A stretch of 64,000 nt of DNA from a virus: positions 9,943 through 73,942 of IMG/VR virus record IMGVR_UViG_3300003583_000001; one strand, given 5' to 3'. Each line of letters opens with the position of its first letter. The stretch's first letter is position 1. Below, one piece after another: positions 44,536 to 53,622 of this stretch. Both the position numbers and the translations under genes were made by a program. Under the pieces are notes generated by a model. It worked only from the letters and a program-made list of their open reading frames with translations. It searched no databases and was not told the DNA's origin.

Positions 44536-44645
44536 TTTTCTCTCCAGGTTTTCCGTAGACTTGACTGGTCTATGATATGTTGATTATTTATACGAAATAA
44601 GTATTGACTATCTCTTCAAACATGATATAATAGCGTTATCGCTTA

Positions 44646-45344
44646 TTATGCATTAGTAAATGTTGTTGATTTTAATCTTTGTGTATCAGTATAGTATGTC
44701 TTAGTGACACCAAGAAATGGAAAGAGTTGTTGACATATCAATGCATCATTGGGCCACATTCCATGATCATAAGCAGCACCGATGATTTGATCTGCTCCTT
44801 CTGGTTTAATGACATATGCTGAAGCACCAGCGATACCCTGTGGAACTTCCATACTATCAATCACTGGGCAGTCAACAAGTGGTCCAGGTGCTGTTTGCAC
44901 CACAGAATGAAAACGACCATCCATACGAGTGTTTCCTCTTGGCTCGTTGATACCAATCACTTCATAGTCTGAGTCAATCACATATTGAGCGTCAAACTTA
45001 CGAAGAAACTTAGCATCGTGTTCTAGAATTAGAATTGGTTCGCTCTCTTCTACACACTTCTTCCACAGATAGTAGTGACTCATAGCACAAGCATAACGAC
45101 GCTTTGGTGGACCACCATAATAATGAAACTTCATCTTGAGTTCCTCGTTGTATACACGACCGCTGTCTGGCCATGTCCACTTCAGACCTTCTTTCTCCAT
45201 ATGCTCATCGACATTATCTGCTACGATAGCATCAAACCTTTCGATTGTAAAGTCATTTCCAACATTTTCTGATGACTCAACGAGAGTTTTGTATCCCCCC
45301 TCAGATAGAGCGTGGTCTTTCATTACGATTGCAAAACATTTCAT
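44646..45344 (-). CDS. glycosyltransferase family 25-like
   Basis: RFDA...AC.MSHY.LW..C......LILEHDA...AY.I.P..A. Confidence 0.8.
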   Translation of the reverse strand: MKCFAIVMKDHALSEGGYKTLVESSENVGNDFTIERFDAIVADNVDEHMEKEGLKWTWPDSGRVYNEELKMKFHYYGGPPKRRYACAMSHYYLWKKCVEESEPILILEHDAKFLRKFDAQYVIDSDYEVIGINEPRGNTRMDGRFHSVVQTAPGPLVDCPVIDSMEVPQGIAGASAYVIKPEGADQIIGAAYDHGMWPNDALICQQLFPFLGVTKTYYTDTQRLKSTTFTNA

Positions 45345-45955
45345 CTTTCTATCCTTACAATGTAACTGTCTGGTATACGAGATGATTTCCTCAAATCAAT
45401 ATTCGTTACCTTATATTGATTTATTGCTTTCGCAAAACCGCCCCAAAGTTCTAAGTTATAACGATCTGGTCTATCTTTAACCCACTGATGTGACCACTCA
45501 TTTTCTGTCATGATATCAAGAGGCCAAACGTCTTCCACATAGAAGATGCCGTCGTCTTTTAGAAAACCGATAAGATTTTCAAACGTCTTTGTGTTTGCTT
45601 CTGGTGTGTGAAGACCATCATCGATGATGAAATCGAACTTAACATCACCCCAAGCAGATTCGATAGCACTCTTCATTTCTGGCAAGGTAGAGTCTGCTTT
45701 CATCCAATGAACTCTATCATGTTTTAAAATGGAGAGTTCTTCTGGCGTAATTCGAGTGAAGATATCAACACCATAGACTTGAGCATTAGGAAAATATTCA
45801 ATCCAAGATGAATGACTTGTACCCTTCCAAATACCAACCTCTAAGATATTGATGGGGTCGTTTCTCCGTGTCTCAAAGTCTTTAGCATATACCTCATAGT
45901 AATGATGCTTGTCTTTATCACAAGAGTGTTTTCTGAAGATTTCATTAAGTTTCAT
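45341..45955 (-). CDS. SAM-dependent O-methyltransferase-like protein
   Basis: DK..H.Y..VY...LEVGI..G.S...W..YFP...GVDI...FD.IIDDGLH...G..YVED. Confidence 0.85.
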   Translation of the reverse strand: MKLNEIFRKHSCDKDKHHYYEVYAKDFETRRNDPINILEVGIWKGTSHSSWIEYFPNAQVYGVDIFTRITPEELSILKHDRVHWMKADSTLPEMKSAIESAWGDVKFDFIIDDGLHTPEANTKTFENLIGFLKDDGIFYVEDVWPLDIMTENEWSHQWVKDRPDRYNLELWGGFAKAINQYKVTNIDLRKSSRIPDSYIVRIER

Positions 45956-46637
45956 TGCTCAAAGCCCAATAGTTTTTGGTTGGTCCAGTATCGAAATCGT
46001 ACCCCCATGTGTTGATATCAACATCATACCAGTCAGCAACGATTTGAATAGTCTCTGGTGTGTACATATCTTTATATGAGTTGGGGTTGAGCGCTGTCAC
46101 ATTACGGGCCCGAGTCATTTCTTTGATATCAAAATATTGGCAAACATCTTCATTATAATTTTCAAATCGGAGAATGTCTGTCATAACATTGCCAGCATCA
46201 TTTCGAACGTGTTCAAATGCAGGATACCAATTTCTAACGGCTCTATGCCACATCAGAGGAACATTGCCCCACTTGAATCGCTCCTCAAGAAACGCTTCAA
46301 ATGATGACACATCTGCATAAGTAGAGTCTTCCTTCTTCTCTACTTCAATGACCTTTTTAGCAAACCAATATCGTGACACAACTCTATCCCAAGGATTTCT
46401 AATGATTGCAAAGAATTTATGAGATTGGTGATATTTGCTATCAATATCACGCCATCTTGCGTGTTCGTATCCCTGATGGTCTTTGGTTTCAGCCATCTTC
46501 TTTTTAACAGCATCAGCATGACCTTCTTTGTGTGTATTGGGTGTGGCTATAGACACTCTGCCTTTCAACAAGTTTGAACTGCGAATTGTCATACCTCCAT
46601 TTTTGCCTATATGAATGAAGAAAAGTGGTTTAGACAT
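45945..46637 (-). CDS. sulfotransferase (family 2-like)
   Basis: FIHIGKNGG.TI (5'-PSB), F.IIRNPWDRVVS (3'-PB), RFE, D...WGY.F. Confidence 0.85.
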   Translation of the reverse strand: MSKPLFFIHIGKNGGMTIRSSNLLKGRVSIATPNTHKEGHADAVKKKMAETKDHQGYEHARWRDIDSKYHQSHKFFAIIRNPWDRVVSRYWFAKKVIEVEKKEDSTYADVSSFEAFLEERFKWGNVPLMWHRAVRNWYPAFEHVRNDAGNVMTDILRFENYNEDVCQYFDIKEMTRARNVTALNPNSYKDMYTPETIQIVADWYDVDINTWGYDFDTGPTKNYWALSNET

Positions 46638-46689
46638 AATAATAATCCTTAAATTTTATCATTCTTTGGTATGTGAATAAACAGTTTCT

Positions 46690-47493
46690 TCATATCCCAA
46701 GGATTCCTTTGATAGCGTTCATATCTTCGCCCTTATCACCCAGATGATCCTTGAGAAAGAAGTGAACGAAGTGTGCTTCTGGAATCTTACTGTCTTCAGC
46801 ACCACGATACAAAGCATTCCATCGCCAGTCCATATGCTTGACATTAGCACCGTCTTTACGAAGCCAATAGTTCAACAGCACTTGGTCTGTCGAGTAGCGA
46901 AATAATCCAACACCATCTACAAGGTCTTTGAACATTGGTCGATGAATGAATTTATCAGGTTCTTTGTACTCAGGAACATACTTGCGAATCGAGTTGTTGA
47001 ATAGCATCATACCCATATTCATAAATCCAGCGCCGTCTTCGTTCCACTGCCAGTCAACATCATTGCATGGTGCTTTCTTGAACATATCACCAGAGTATCC
47101 ACGAATCTTTCTTCGATGATTATGAGAGAGTGGTAGGTCTCTTTCTAGCACACCACCCCAATCATATTCTGATGGCAAGTCATCAAAGATGTTTGGTGCT
47201 GATTCACGAATGAAAATATCAGAATCGATAACAGCAATCTGGTCATAATCATCTAGATATGTGAATGCCCACTCCTTCTCGAAGATTGGTAGATAGCCTG
47301 CTTCTTTCATCAATCCAATCTTGTTACGCCCAGTACGAGCCATCTCTGGATTGATACGAAGTTTTGGCTCTCTCATAATCACATGGTCGATGCCATACTT
47401 CTCGCAATACTTCGCTGCTGACTCTGTACATAGATCATACAGATTACTTTGCCCACGAATAGGAATATAGATTTGAAATAACAATCGTTTCAT
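46690..47493 (-). CDS. GT-A fold glycosyltransferase (GT8/GT34-like)
   Basis: Y.EKYG.D, YDQI.VIDSDI, NMG..LF, DQ.LLNY, WN, FVHF. Confidence 0.8.
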   Translation of the reverse strand: MKRLLFQIYIPIRGQSNLYDLCTESAAKYCEKYGIDHVIMREPKLRINPEMARTGRNKIGLMKEAGYLPIFEKEWAFTYLDDYDQIAVIDSDIFIRESAPNIFDDLPSEYDWGGVLERDLPLSHNHRRKIRGYSGDMFKKAPCNDVDWQWNEDGAGFMNMGMMLFNNSIRKYVPEYKEPDKFIHRPMFKDLVDGVGLFRYSTDQVLLNYWLRKDGANVKHMDWRWNALYRGAEDSKIPEAHFVHFFLKDHLGDKGEDMNAIKGILGI

Positions 47494-48216
47494 TTAAATA
47501 CCACCACCTTTTTTCTCGCCTAGATTTTCGTTTGATTTGTAGTTCTCTTTGAAAGACTCTAATATAGGCTGATAATTATCAACTGCTGTTTTACCCCAAA
47601 TTGTCGATTCTCTCAACCAACCAATACCGGCTATTGGGTCTGTGATAAACAACTTAACATCGCCACGACTATTATCTGTTAGAAAGAACTGATTGTCAAT
47701 ATGATTGATTCTCTTACCACTGTTTACGTTCTCTAGCAATGTGTTTGCTGTAGCCGCAGTGAGAGCATATGCGTGAGCGCCACCGTGTCTTCGCCTCTCC
47801 TCTAATCGTGAGGGAGGTCCAATCTGTTCGTGATTATAGCTTTCGGGGTCTTTGACTTTATATCCTAGACAAACGAGTGCGTTGTCCGGTATGTCTATAT
47901 CTACTTTGTGATATAGAAGTGCGTCATGCTCTAAAATAATCGCACAATCATTCTCTTCTCTTATCTTGTGCCACAGAAGAAAGTGACCTGCTGTTGCCAT
48001 AGCAGCTTTGCCTTTTGTGCTTGGCTTCTTATTGTCAAACTTAACGCCTTGCTTTTGAACGTATTCCCAAGGGCTATCATTGTCTTCGGTTGGCTGAAGA
48101 CCCTCAAAATACTCCCAAGGCATTCCTATTTTATCACAGGAATCAGCAGCAGTCTTTGCATACTCGTTTGATATATCAGTATCGATTTTTAATATATACG
48201 CTTTCGTTGGTTTCAT
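47494..48216 (-). CDS. glycosyltransferase family 25-like
   Basis: GH..LW..I......ILEHDA...GAHAYALT..TA..L...D. Confidence 0.78.
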   Translation of the reverse strand: MKPTKAYILKIDTDISNEYAKTAADSCDKIGMPWEYFEGLQPTEDNDSPWEYVQKQGVKFDNKKPSTKGKAAMATAGHFLLWHKIREENDCAIILEHDALLYHKVDIDIPDNALVCLGYKVKDPESYNHEQIGPPSRLEERRRHGGAHAYALTAATANTLLENVNSGKRINHIDNQFFLTDNSRGDVKLFITDPIAGIGWLRESTIWGKTAVDNYQPILESFKENYKSNENLGEKKGGGI

Positions 48217-48264
48217 AACAATCCTCACATACAAAAATAGGGCTGACACATCAAGCATCAACCC

Positions 48265-48272
48265 TATTTATA
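48265..48272 (-). promoter_or_regulatory. T4 late promoter upstream of the glyco-modification operon
   Basis: TATAAATA on the - strand about 50 nt before the GT25 start. Confidence 0.75.
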
Positions 48273-48291
48273 GTTCTTCATGAAAGATATT

Positions 48292-48456
48292 TTATCGGCT
48301 TCTGCGTTCTGCTAATAGTCTACTATAAATCTGTTCTACCTCTTTACGATGAGTTGGACCCAGTGCATACATACCTAGCATTTGATTGCAAACATTAATC
48401 TGACGATCTACTACCCAGTTATCCATTTTCTTTTTGAAATATGTTTTTACTGACAT
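48292..48456 (-). CDS. hypothetical protein (54 aa)
   Basis: Manual ORF MSVKTYFKKKMDNWVVDRQ...; strong SD AGGAG. Confidence 0.65.
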   Translation of the reverse strand: MSVKTYFKKKMDNWVVDRQINVCNQMLGMYALGPTHRKEVEQIYSRLLAERRSR

Positions 48457-48598
48457 GGTTAAAACTCCTACGTTTTCAATATTAAAAAAGCAAGAAACCC
48501 TTTCGGCGTCTCTTGCTTTTATTTAGTGTGTAGGAGTCATAATCAGATACTACATTTTTGCTTATCTGATAGAACTATTTATGCGATGTGACATACTG

Positions 48599-49828
48599 TC
48601 ATTTCTGCCAACCTTTCTTCACATCAGCAGAGAAGTTAGCGTGACTGAACTGAAGTCTATCAATTAGCTTTACAGCATTGCCTTTCATTCTATCTACAGC
48701 AACGAAGCCTTCTTGACCCGTAACTTTGTATCCATCTTTTGTAGAGAGTAGCGTGTTGATTGTAGCTGCTTGGTCCATCTTCTTGATGATGATTTCCTTC
48801 GCTTGCACAATCTTATCCATCAGGTCAAAAATCAATTTGATTTTTCTGCTATCAGTCTTTGTAAAATAGTCCATAACAGATGCTTGACGATTACGAACGC
48901 CAGACTTACCCTTGTCCGTAATACGCTTGCCTTCTTCTTTTCCAAAGTAATCCATGAGATACTTCATAAGGTCTTTGGTTAGCTTTGTCGTGTTTCCCAT
49001 TCTCTCACCAGCACGAACCTTTGTGTTGAGGAAGGTTTTTGTTCTCATAAGAAGTTCATCGTTGTCCGAAATGCCATTGAGTGTATCACGGTCAATCTTA
49101 TTGAAAATCTTACCAGCGTCTGATAGGATTGCTGTAATCGCAGCAGTCTCTTTTTCAGTCATCATAGCTTTGCCAGAAACATCACGATATACGGCGTCGG
49201 TAGAGAATACTCTAGATGTGTCTGTCAGAGTTTGTGCAATTGGCTTCGCAAAACTTGCCCGCATTGTTTCAAATGAGTCACCCGTGTAAGTAGTATGCCA
49301 TACGACACCGATTCTGGCTCGTGCAATCTGACGACCCAATGGAGTGTCTTTTGGTACAGCGTAAACAATGGTATTAGGATGAAAAGTAATATGCTTGACA
49401 CCATTATAGGTAATGTCTTTCGTGTCACCTTTGGTAAAGAGAAGGTCACCTTGAATGACACCTGTGATGCCCAGTTTCGAAAACTCTTGTAGCGCAGCCT
49501 TAAGTTTATCTGCCAAATCACCAGACGTATCTGCATCAATATCAGCTTCTGTCTTATATACCTTAGCGTTCTTGTTAAAGATACCCTTCTTGGCAACGAA
49601 AAATTTGTTATCATTTGGATCAATCCCTGCAAATACGGCTGGAGCGCCGTCCCATTTCACCGTAGCGTCTACTGTAGTCTTAGCATCGCCTGAGAGCATA
49701 TCACGAAGCGAACGTAGAAAGTTAATCGCTTCACGAGCGCCATTCACGCCGCCATTGAGAACGTTGTCCTCAATATGCTCCATATGAGTATTCTTTTGTT
49801 CTATGAGATAGGAGTTAAAGTTTTTCAT
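48599..49828 (-). CDS. conserved marine myovirus protein with ligase-like KxDG motif (DUF6267-like)
   Basis: MKNFNSYLIE leader; H.EH.ED; TVKWDGAPA; QGDLLF; F.PNTI.Y; EGFV; VKL.DR..FS..NF. Confidence 0.8.
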   Translation of the reverse strand: MKNFNSYLIEQKNTHMEHIEDNVLNGGVNGAREAINFLRSLRDMLSGDAKTTVDATVKWDGAPAVFAGIDPNDNKFFVAKKGIFNKNAKVYKTEADIDADTSGDLADKLKAALQEFSKLGITGVIQGDLLFTKGDTKDITYNGVKHITFHPNTIVYAVPKDTPLGRQIARARIGVVWHTTYTGDSFETMRASFAKPIAQTLTDTSRVFSTDAVYRDVSGKAMMTEKETAAITAILSDAGKIFNKIDRDTLNGISDNDELLMRTKTFLNTKVRAGERMGNTTKLTKDLMKYLMDYFGKEEGKRITDKGKSGVRNRQASVMDYFTKTDSRKIKLIFDLMDKIVQAKEIIIKKMDQAATINTLLSTKDGYKVTGQEGFVAVDRMKGNAVKLIDRLQFSHANFSADVKKGWQK

Positions 49829-49838
49829 ATTACGTTCC

Positions 49839-50969
49839 CTACAACTTAATCTTAAATCCAACACGGGTTCCAGCAGCAGATGGACCACCATATGTTGATA
49901 ATCTAAATTCTTTAAATACAGGTAAAGTCTGCATTTTCAATATATCATTTTGTTTATTTACATTATATACTTCAAAAGTATCACTTGACCTATCGTGAAT
50001 TACAAAATAATCATCCCCACCTTTTGTAAAATGTTCTAATATCTTTACATGAATCTTTACCATTAATGATTTATTTGTAGTTTTAAATACAGAGGGGAGT
50101 TTACCAGATTTAACTACTCCTTTGTCTCCAGCATATCCAATGGTAGAGTCCATGCTTTTAGCATACTCCATTATAGCATGGAAGGCACCACCTTCATTTC
50201 CTTTCTTTTTACGAATACTATTCCAAGTATTATTTGGTTTTTCAAATACTTTTTGAAGCTCTGGAACATTCTCAATATATAACTCTGCCGTGGCATCTAA
50301 TTCTGCTTTACCCGCTTCTGATTTAGCATTTTGCTTTCTTCTTGCAGTTATATCAAAAAAAGTAATTTCATTAGCTCTAGCGTTAGTTCCCTTTATCTCA
50401 AATTGAATTCTTTTTTTACCAATTGTCATTACCAAATCTGGTTTTGTTGAGCTACTAGGTGCAACTGAATACTCAGACTTAAATGATATTTTTTCTTTTA
50501 AACACAACTCTTTTATAAACGCCGCACATTCTTCTTGAGTTTTAGTTCCAGAGGCAACTCTTTTCTGACTTTTGCCGCCCGGTTTTTTAATATTACCAAT
50601 TGGAACATATCCATCAAAAGGTTTATCATAACCTTTTAATGATACTTTTGCGAAAAATCGATCTAAAGGAACTTTACCACCGGGAATTCCTGATATCTGT
50701 CTCTTGTACAGTGTAGCTGGGGCAGTAAACCAAACAGTTGTTCCAGCCGAGAGACTTTTAATTACCTCTCCATTTTTATCTACCAAATCTGTTTTACTTA
50801 GTGTTGGAAATCCCTCTGGATATGAATAATCCTTACCAGCAACTGGAGCATAAATGGTTCTTGTTCCCTGTTGAGGTTTATCTCCTCCCACTCCATTTGG
50901 AAAATTATTCGGCCCAAATTTTGCTTCAGAGAGCGTATTTCTATTAATAAACTGTTTTAATCCAAGCAT
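49839..50969 (-). CDS. putative PD-(D/E)XK nuclease with capsid-targeting-like leader
   Basis: QE...PDL.......FEIKG; leader MLGLKQFINRNTLSE. Confidence 0.6.
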   Translation of the reverse strand: MLGLKQFINRNTLSEAKFGPNNFPNGVGGDKPQQGTRTIYAPVAGKDYSYPEGFPTLSKTDLVDKNGEVIKSLSAGTTVWFTAPATLYKRQISGIPGGKVPLDRFFAKVSLKGYDKPFDGYVPIGNIKKPGGKSQKRVASGTKTQEECAAFIKELCLKEKISFKSEYSVAPSSSTKPDLVMTIGKKRIQFEIKGTNARANEITFFDITARRKQNAKSEAGKAELDATAELYIENVPELQKVFEKPNNTWNSIRKKKGNEGGAFHAIMEYAKSMDSTIGYAGDKGVVKSGKLPSVFKTTNKSLMVKIHVKILEHFTKGGDDYFVIHDRSSDTFEVYNVNKQNDILKMQTLPVFKEFRLSTYGGPSAAGTRVGFKIKL

Positions 50970-51761
50970 AGGCGTGTCCTTTTATTTTCCTGCAATAACT
51001 TTTATAACGTCTGACTTATTACTTTTCCAATGCGAAGTCAACGCTTTAAAATCTTCTGGTTGTATTGCAGACCCACCACCTACACCAGCCTTCTTAAATT
51101 TTCTCTTGACAGGTAATGTGTGGTGGAGATTTGTAGGAGCAACGCCAATCATAACAATCTTATATTTCTCGACTAGACGTTTTTCATAACTGTCGAAATG
51201 GTCTATAATTTCATCTTTCTGATTCTTCACACTCTCAGTATATAGATGAACATATGCGCCCATCTGCTTATTGACATATAAAACTATAAGATGATTCTTC
51301 TTCTTTTCTTTCAGTGTAGAATTTAATCCCAGACTATCCATCGCATCAGTCATGGGAATATCAATCTTCGACTTTTTACTAATCTCTTTTCGTTTCTTCT
51401 CAAACTCTGGGCCATGATGTTCAACACTTCTTAGCACTGCTGCAACATACACATGGACCATTTCGTGCAACAATATAGCAACGACACTCTTCTTATCACG
51501 CTCAAGGATATTAGATATCTTCAAATGTCCTACACGCACAACTTCTCTAGAAGGGCCACGCCCCTTTACCATAACTGCAACTTCCCCGCCTAGACGTTTA
51601 TTTTTATACCAACTAATAGGAAAATCATTTGGAAGTTCGTTATTAAAGTATAATTTGTTAAATGTGGTATACATCTTTTTGAGGTCGAGGTCAAGACCAG
51701 AGGCTTCAGAGAGCGTATTTCTATTAACAAACTGTTTTAATCCAAGCATAGGTGTGTCCTT
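50923..51761 (-). repeat. 59-bp direct repeat (50923-50981 and 51703-51761) covering the SD and first 16 codons of two adjacent genes
   Basis: AAGGACAC(A/G)CCTATGCTTGGATTAAAACAGTTT(G/A)TTAATAGAAATACGCTCTCTGAAGC; 2 mismatches. Confidence 0.92.
50982..51749 (-). CDS. SprT-like metalloprotease with capsid-targeting-like leader
   Basis: FN.LYF...L...W...LGG...LLHEMVH...HHGPEF; leader MLGLKQFVNRNTLSE; late promoter TATAAATA at 51779-51786. Confidence 0.8.
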   Translation of the reverse strand: MLGLKQFVNRNTLSEASGLDLDLKKMYTTFNKLYFNNELPNDFPISWYKNKRLGGEVAVMVKGRGPSREVVRVGHLKISNILERDKKSVVAILLHEMVHVYVAAVLRSVEHHGPEFEKKRKEISKKSKIDIPMTDAMDSLGLNSTLKEKKKNHLIVLYVNKQMGAYVHLYTESVKNQKDEIIDHFDSYEKRLVEKYKIVMIGVAPTNLHHTLPVKRKFKKAGVGGGSAIQPEDFKALTSHWKSNKSDVIKVIAGK

Positions 51762-51777
51762 GCAATCTCTCTTTCGT

Positions 51778-52011
51778 CTATTTATACGAACATACTTTCT
51801 TACCCAGAGCCTCTGCTTCGTGAAAAGTCTTACGAGTGTGTAGTGCAACTAGATTATCGTTCTTATAGATGAACGTGTGAAAGACTTCTGGTTTAGCCCA
51901 CATCATCGTCCTGAGTGTTTGCACCCAGTTTAGATTATACTTCTTCAGCATCTCAGCATCTTTATGCCATTTGAGATTGTACTTGGCTTGTTCGACCCGA
52001 TATGTTTTCAT
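51778..52011 (-). CDS. hypothetical protein
   Basis: ORF track. Confidence 0.6.
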   Translation of the reverse strand: MKTYRVEQAKYNLKWHKDAEMLKKYNLNWVQTLRTMMWAKPEVFHTFIYKNDNLVALHTRKTFHEAEALGKKVCSYK

Positions 52012-52175
52012 CGGTTAATCCTTTCATATACATCCTTGACCATGAAGTATGGCACACCAGAGAGAAGTTCAGCAGTCTCTAGCATATGAGTCTCACTAAA
52101 TTCTTCACGACCACTCTCTAGAATACGAGCCTCGTCAATCGCTTCAATAGCCATGTCTTTTATCGTTTTTTCCAT
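52008..52175 (-). CDS. hypothetical protein (55 aa)
   Basis: Manual ORF MEKTIKDMAIEAIDEAR...; SD AAGGA; ATGA-coupled. Confidence 0.6.
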   Translation of the reverse strand: MEKTIKDMAIEAIDEARILESGREEFSETHMLETAELLSGVPYFMVKDVYERINR

Positions 52176-52239
52176 TCGTTCGTCCTTTTTGATGTATTCT
52201 TATACTACACGATTTATCACACTGTGTAAAGTCTTTTTG

Positions 52240-52247
52240 TATAAATA
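52240..52247 (+). promoter_or_regulatory. T4 late promoter for the + strand exported-protein operon
   Basis: TATAAATA 40 nt upstream of ATG 52288. Confidence 0.8.
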
Positions 52248-52287
52248 AACACATGAAGTAGAAATAATTTGTATTAGGATTGATGAG

Positions 52288-52833
52288 ATGAATAGATTTA
52301 TCATTGCTTTGTTTGCTTTAATTTTTGCATCTACAAGCGCATATGCACAAACAGAAGATAAGATAACGACGGATAATACCAGTAGAATTGACTCTACGAC
52401 TACGGTTAAGTCTCCTCCGCCGTCTGCTATTTCTCCCACTATCAATACCTCAAATTCTGATTTGTGTACGATTGGCGTTTCCGGCGCTGTTCAGACACAG
52501 ATTCTAGGTCTGTCTGCTGGTAAGACTGTACGAGATATGAATTGTGAGAAGTTGAAGAATGCTAAAACGCTATATGATATGGGAATGAAAGTTGCTGCTG
52601 TATCTGTGATGTGTCAAGATAAACGAGTGTTTGATGCTATGATGCACGCCGGAACACCCTGCCCGTATGATGGTAAGATTGGAGTTGAGGCTAAAGCAGC
52701 GTGGCAAGACGATGAAGCGATGCAGCCAAAAGAAGAAAATACAGTTAGGAGTGTAATGGATGACGATAGCACGATTACCCTTATTGGTGGCGGCATTGTT
52801 CTCGGTTTGCTTACCATTCTCAGCTTACTCTGA
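52288..52833 (+). CDS. exported Cys-containing protein with amphipathic beta-hairpin and C-terminal TM anchor
   Basis: Signal peptide (AYA); C..GVSGAVQTQILGLSAG...NC...C...PCP; hydrophobic tail. Confidence 0.8.
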   Translation: MNRFIIALFALIFASTSAYAQTEDKITTDNTSRIDSTTTVKSPPPSAISPTINTSNSDLCTIGVSGAVQTQILGLSAGKTVRDMNCEKLKNAKTLYDMGMKVAAVSVMCQDKRVFDAMMHAGTPCPYDGKIGVEAKAAWQDDEAMQPKEENTVRSVMDDDSTITLIGGGIVLGLLTILSLL

Positions 52834-53611
52834 GACAAAGACTGCTACGTCTGGAAATGCAGCAGACGGTCAAACAGTATGGGACATGCAAACGATACTA
52901 CCACCTGAAACTGGTCTTATCGTAAATCAAGTACATTATAACTATACAGTAACAAAGGTTAGAGAAGACGACTTTACAGTAACGATTCAAAATGAAAGAG
53001 TTGGCGGTGGTGAAAACATCTTTGAAAGCACAGATGATTGGTCTGGATTAGACGGTAACACGATTGATAAGAATATACCCGTTGCAAATCTACCAAGAGA
53101 AATATGGGGGGATGGAAGTCTGACTACAACTGGCGAAGGAACTATAACAGACGCTAATGTTCGTTATAGCTATATATTTGACGACTGTCTTGACCCACTG
53201 ACGAATCCGTTATGCCCACAAGATGAACCACCAGAATTGCCTGTAATTATAAATCCATTTGATTCAGATGAAGTACAAAACGCTCTTGCAGACAAAGCAG
53301 ATGTAGATGATGAAGATGATGAACGTAAAGATGATGAAGAGAATAGTTTAGAGGACAAGGAAAAGAGAAGACAATTAGCACAAGAGAACAATCCACTACT
53401 AAACAATGCAGCACAGCTTGCTGCTTTGTTTGATCAAATGTCTCTTGTTCCTAAATTTGATTCGTATTATGCTGCTGATATACAAGGCGGCACCTATGAA
53501 GAAACTATTGAGTTAAAAGATGGTACATTACCTGATAACAGAAGGGCAATGAGAAGCCTCGCTAAAGACCAAAAGTTTGAAACAATCATTAGGTCACAGT
53601 ACGACAAATAG
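52760..53611 (+). CDS. exported beta-rich protein with CxxPxxxPxCP linker and acidic stalk
   Basis: Signal peptide; beta-strand-rich N-terminal domain; CLDPLTNPLCP; D/E-rich region; ends in SQYDK. Confidence 0.8.
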   Translation: MTIARLPLLVAALFSVCLPFSAYSETKTATSGNAADGQTVWDMQTILPPETGLIVNQVHYNYTVTKVREDDFTVTIQNERVGGGENIFESTDDWSGLDGNTIDKNIPVANLPREIWGDGSLTTTGEGTITDANVRYSYIFDDCLDPLTNPLCPQDEPPELPVIINPFDSDEVQNALADKADVDDEDDERKDDEENSLEDKEKRRQLAQENNPLLNNAAQLAALFDQMSLVPKFDSYYAADIQGGTYEETIELKDGTLPDNRRAMRSLAKDQKFETIIRSQYDK

Positions 53612-53622
53612 GAGATAAGAAT

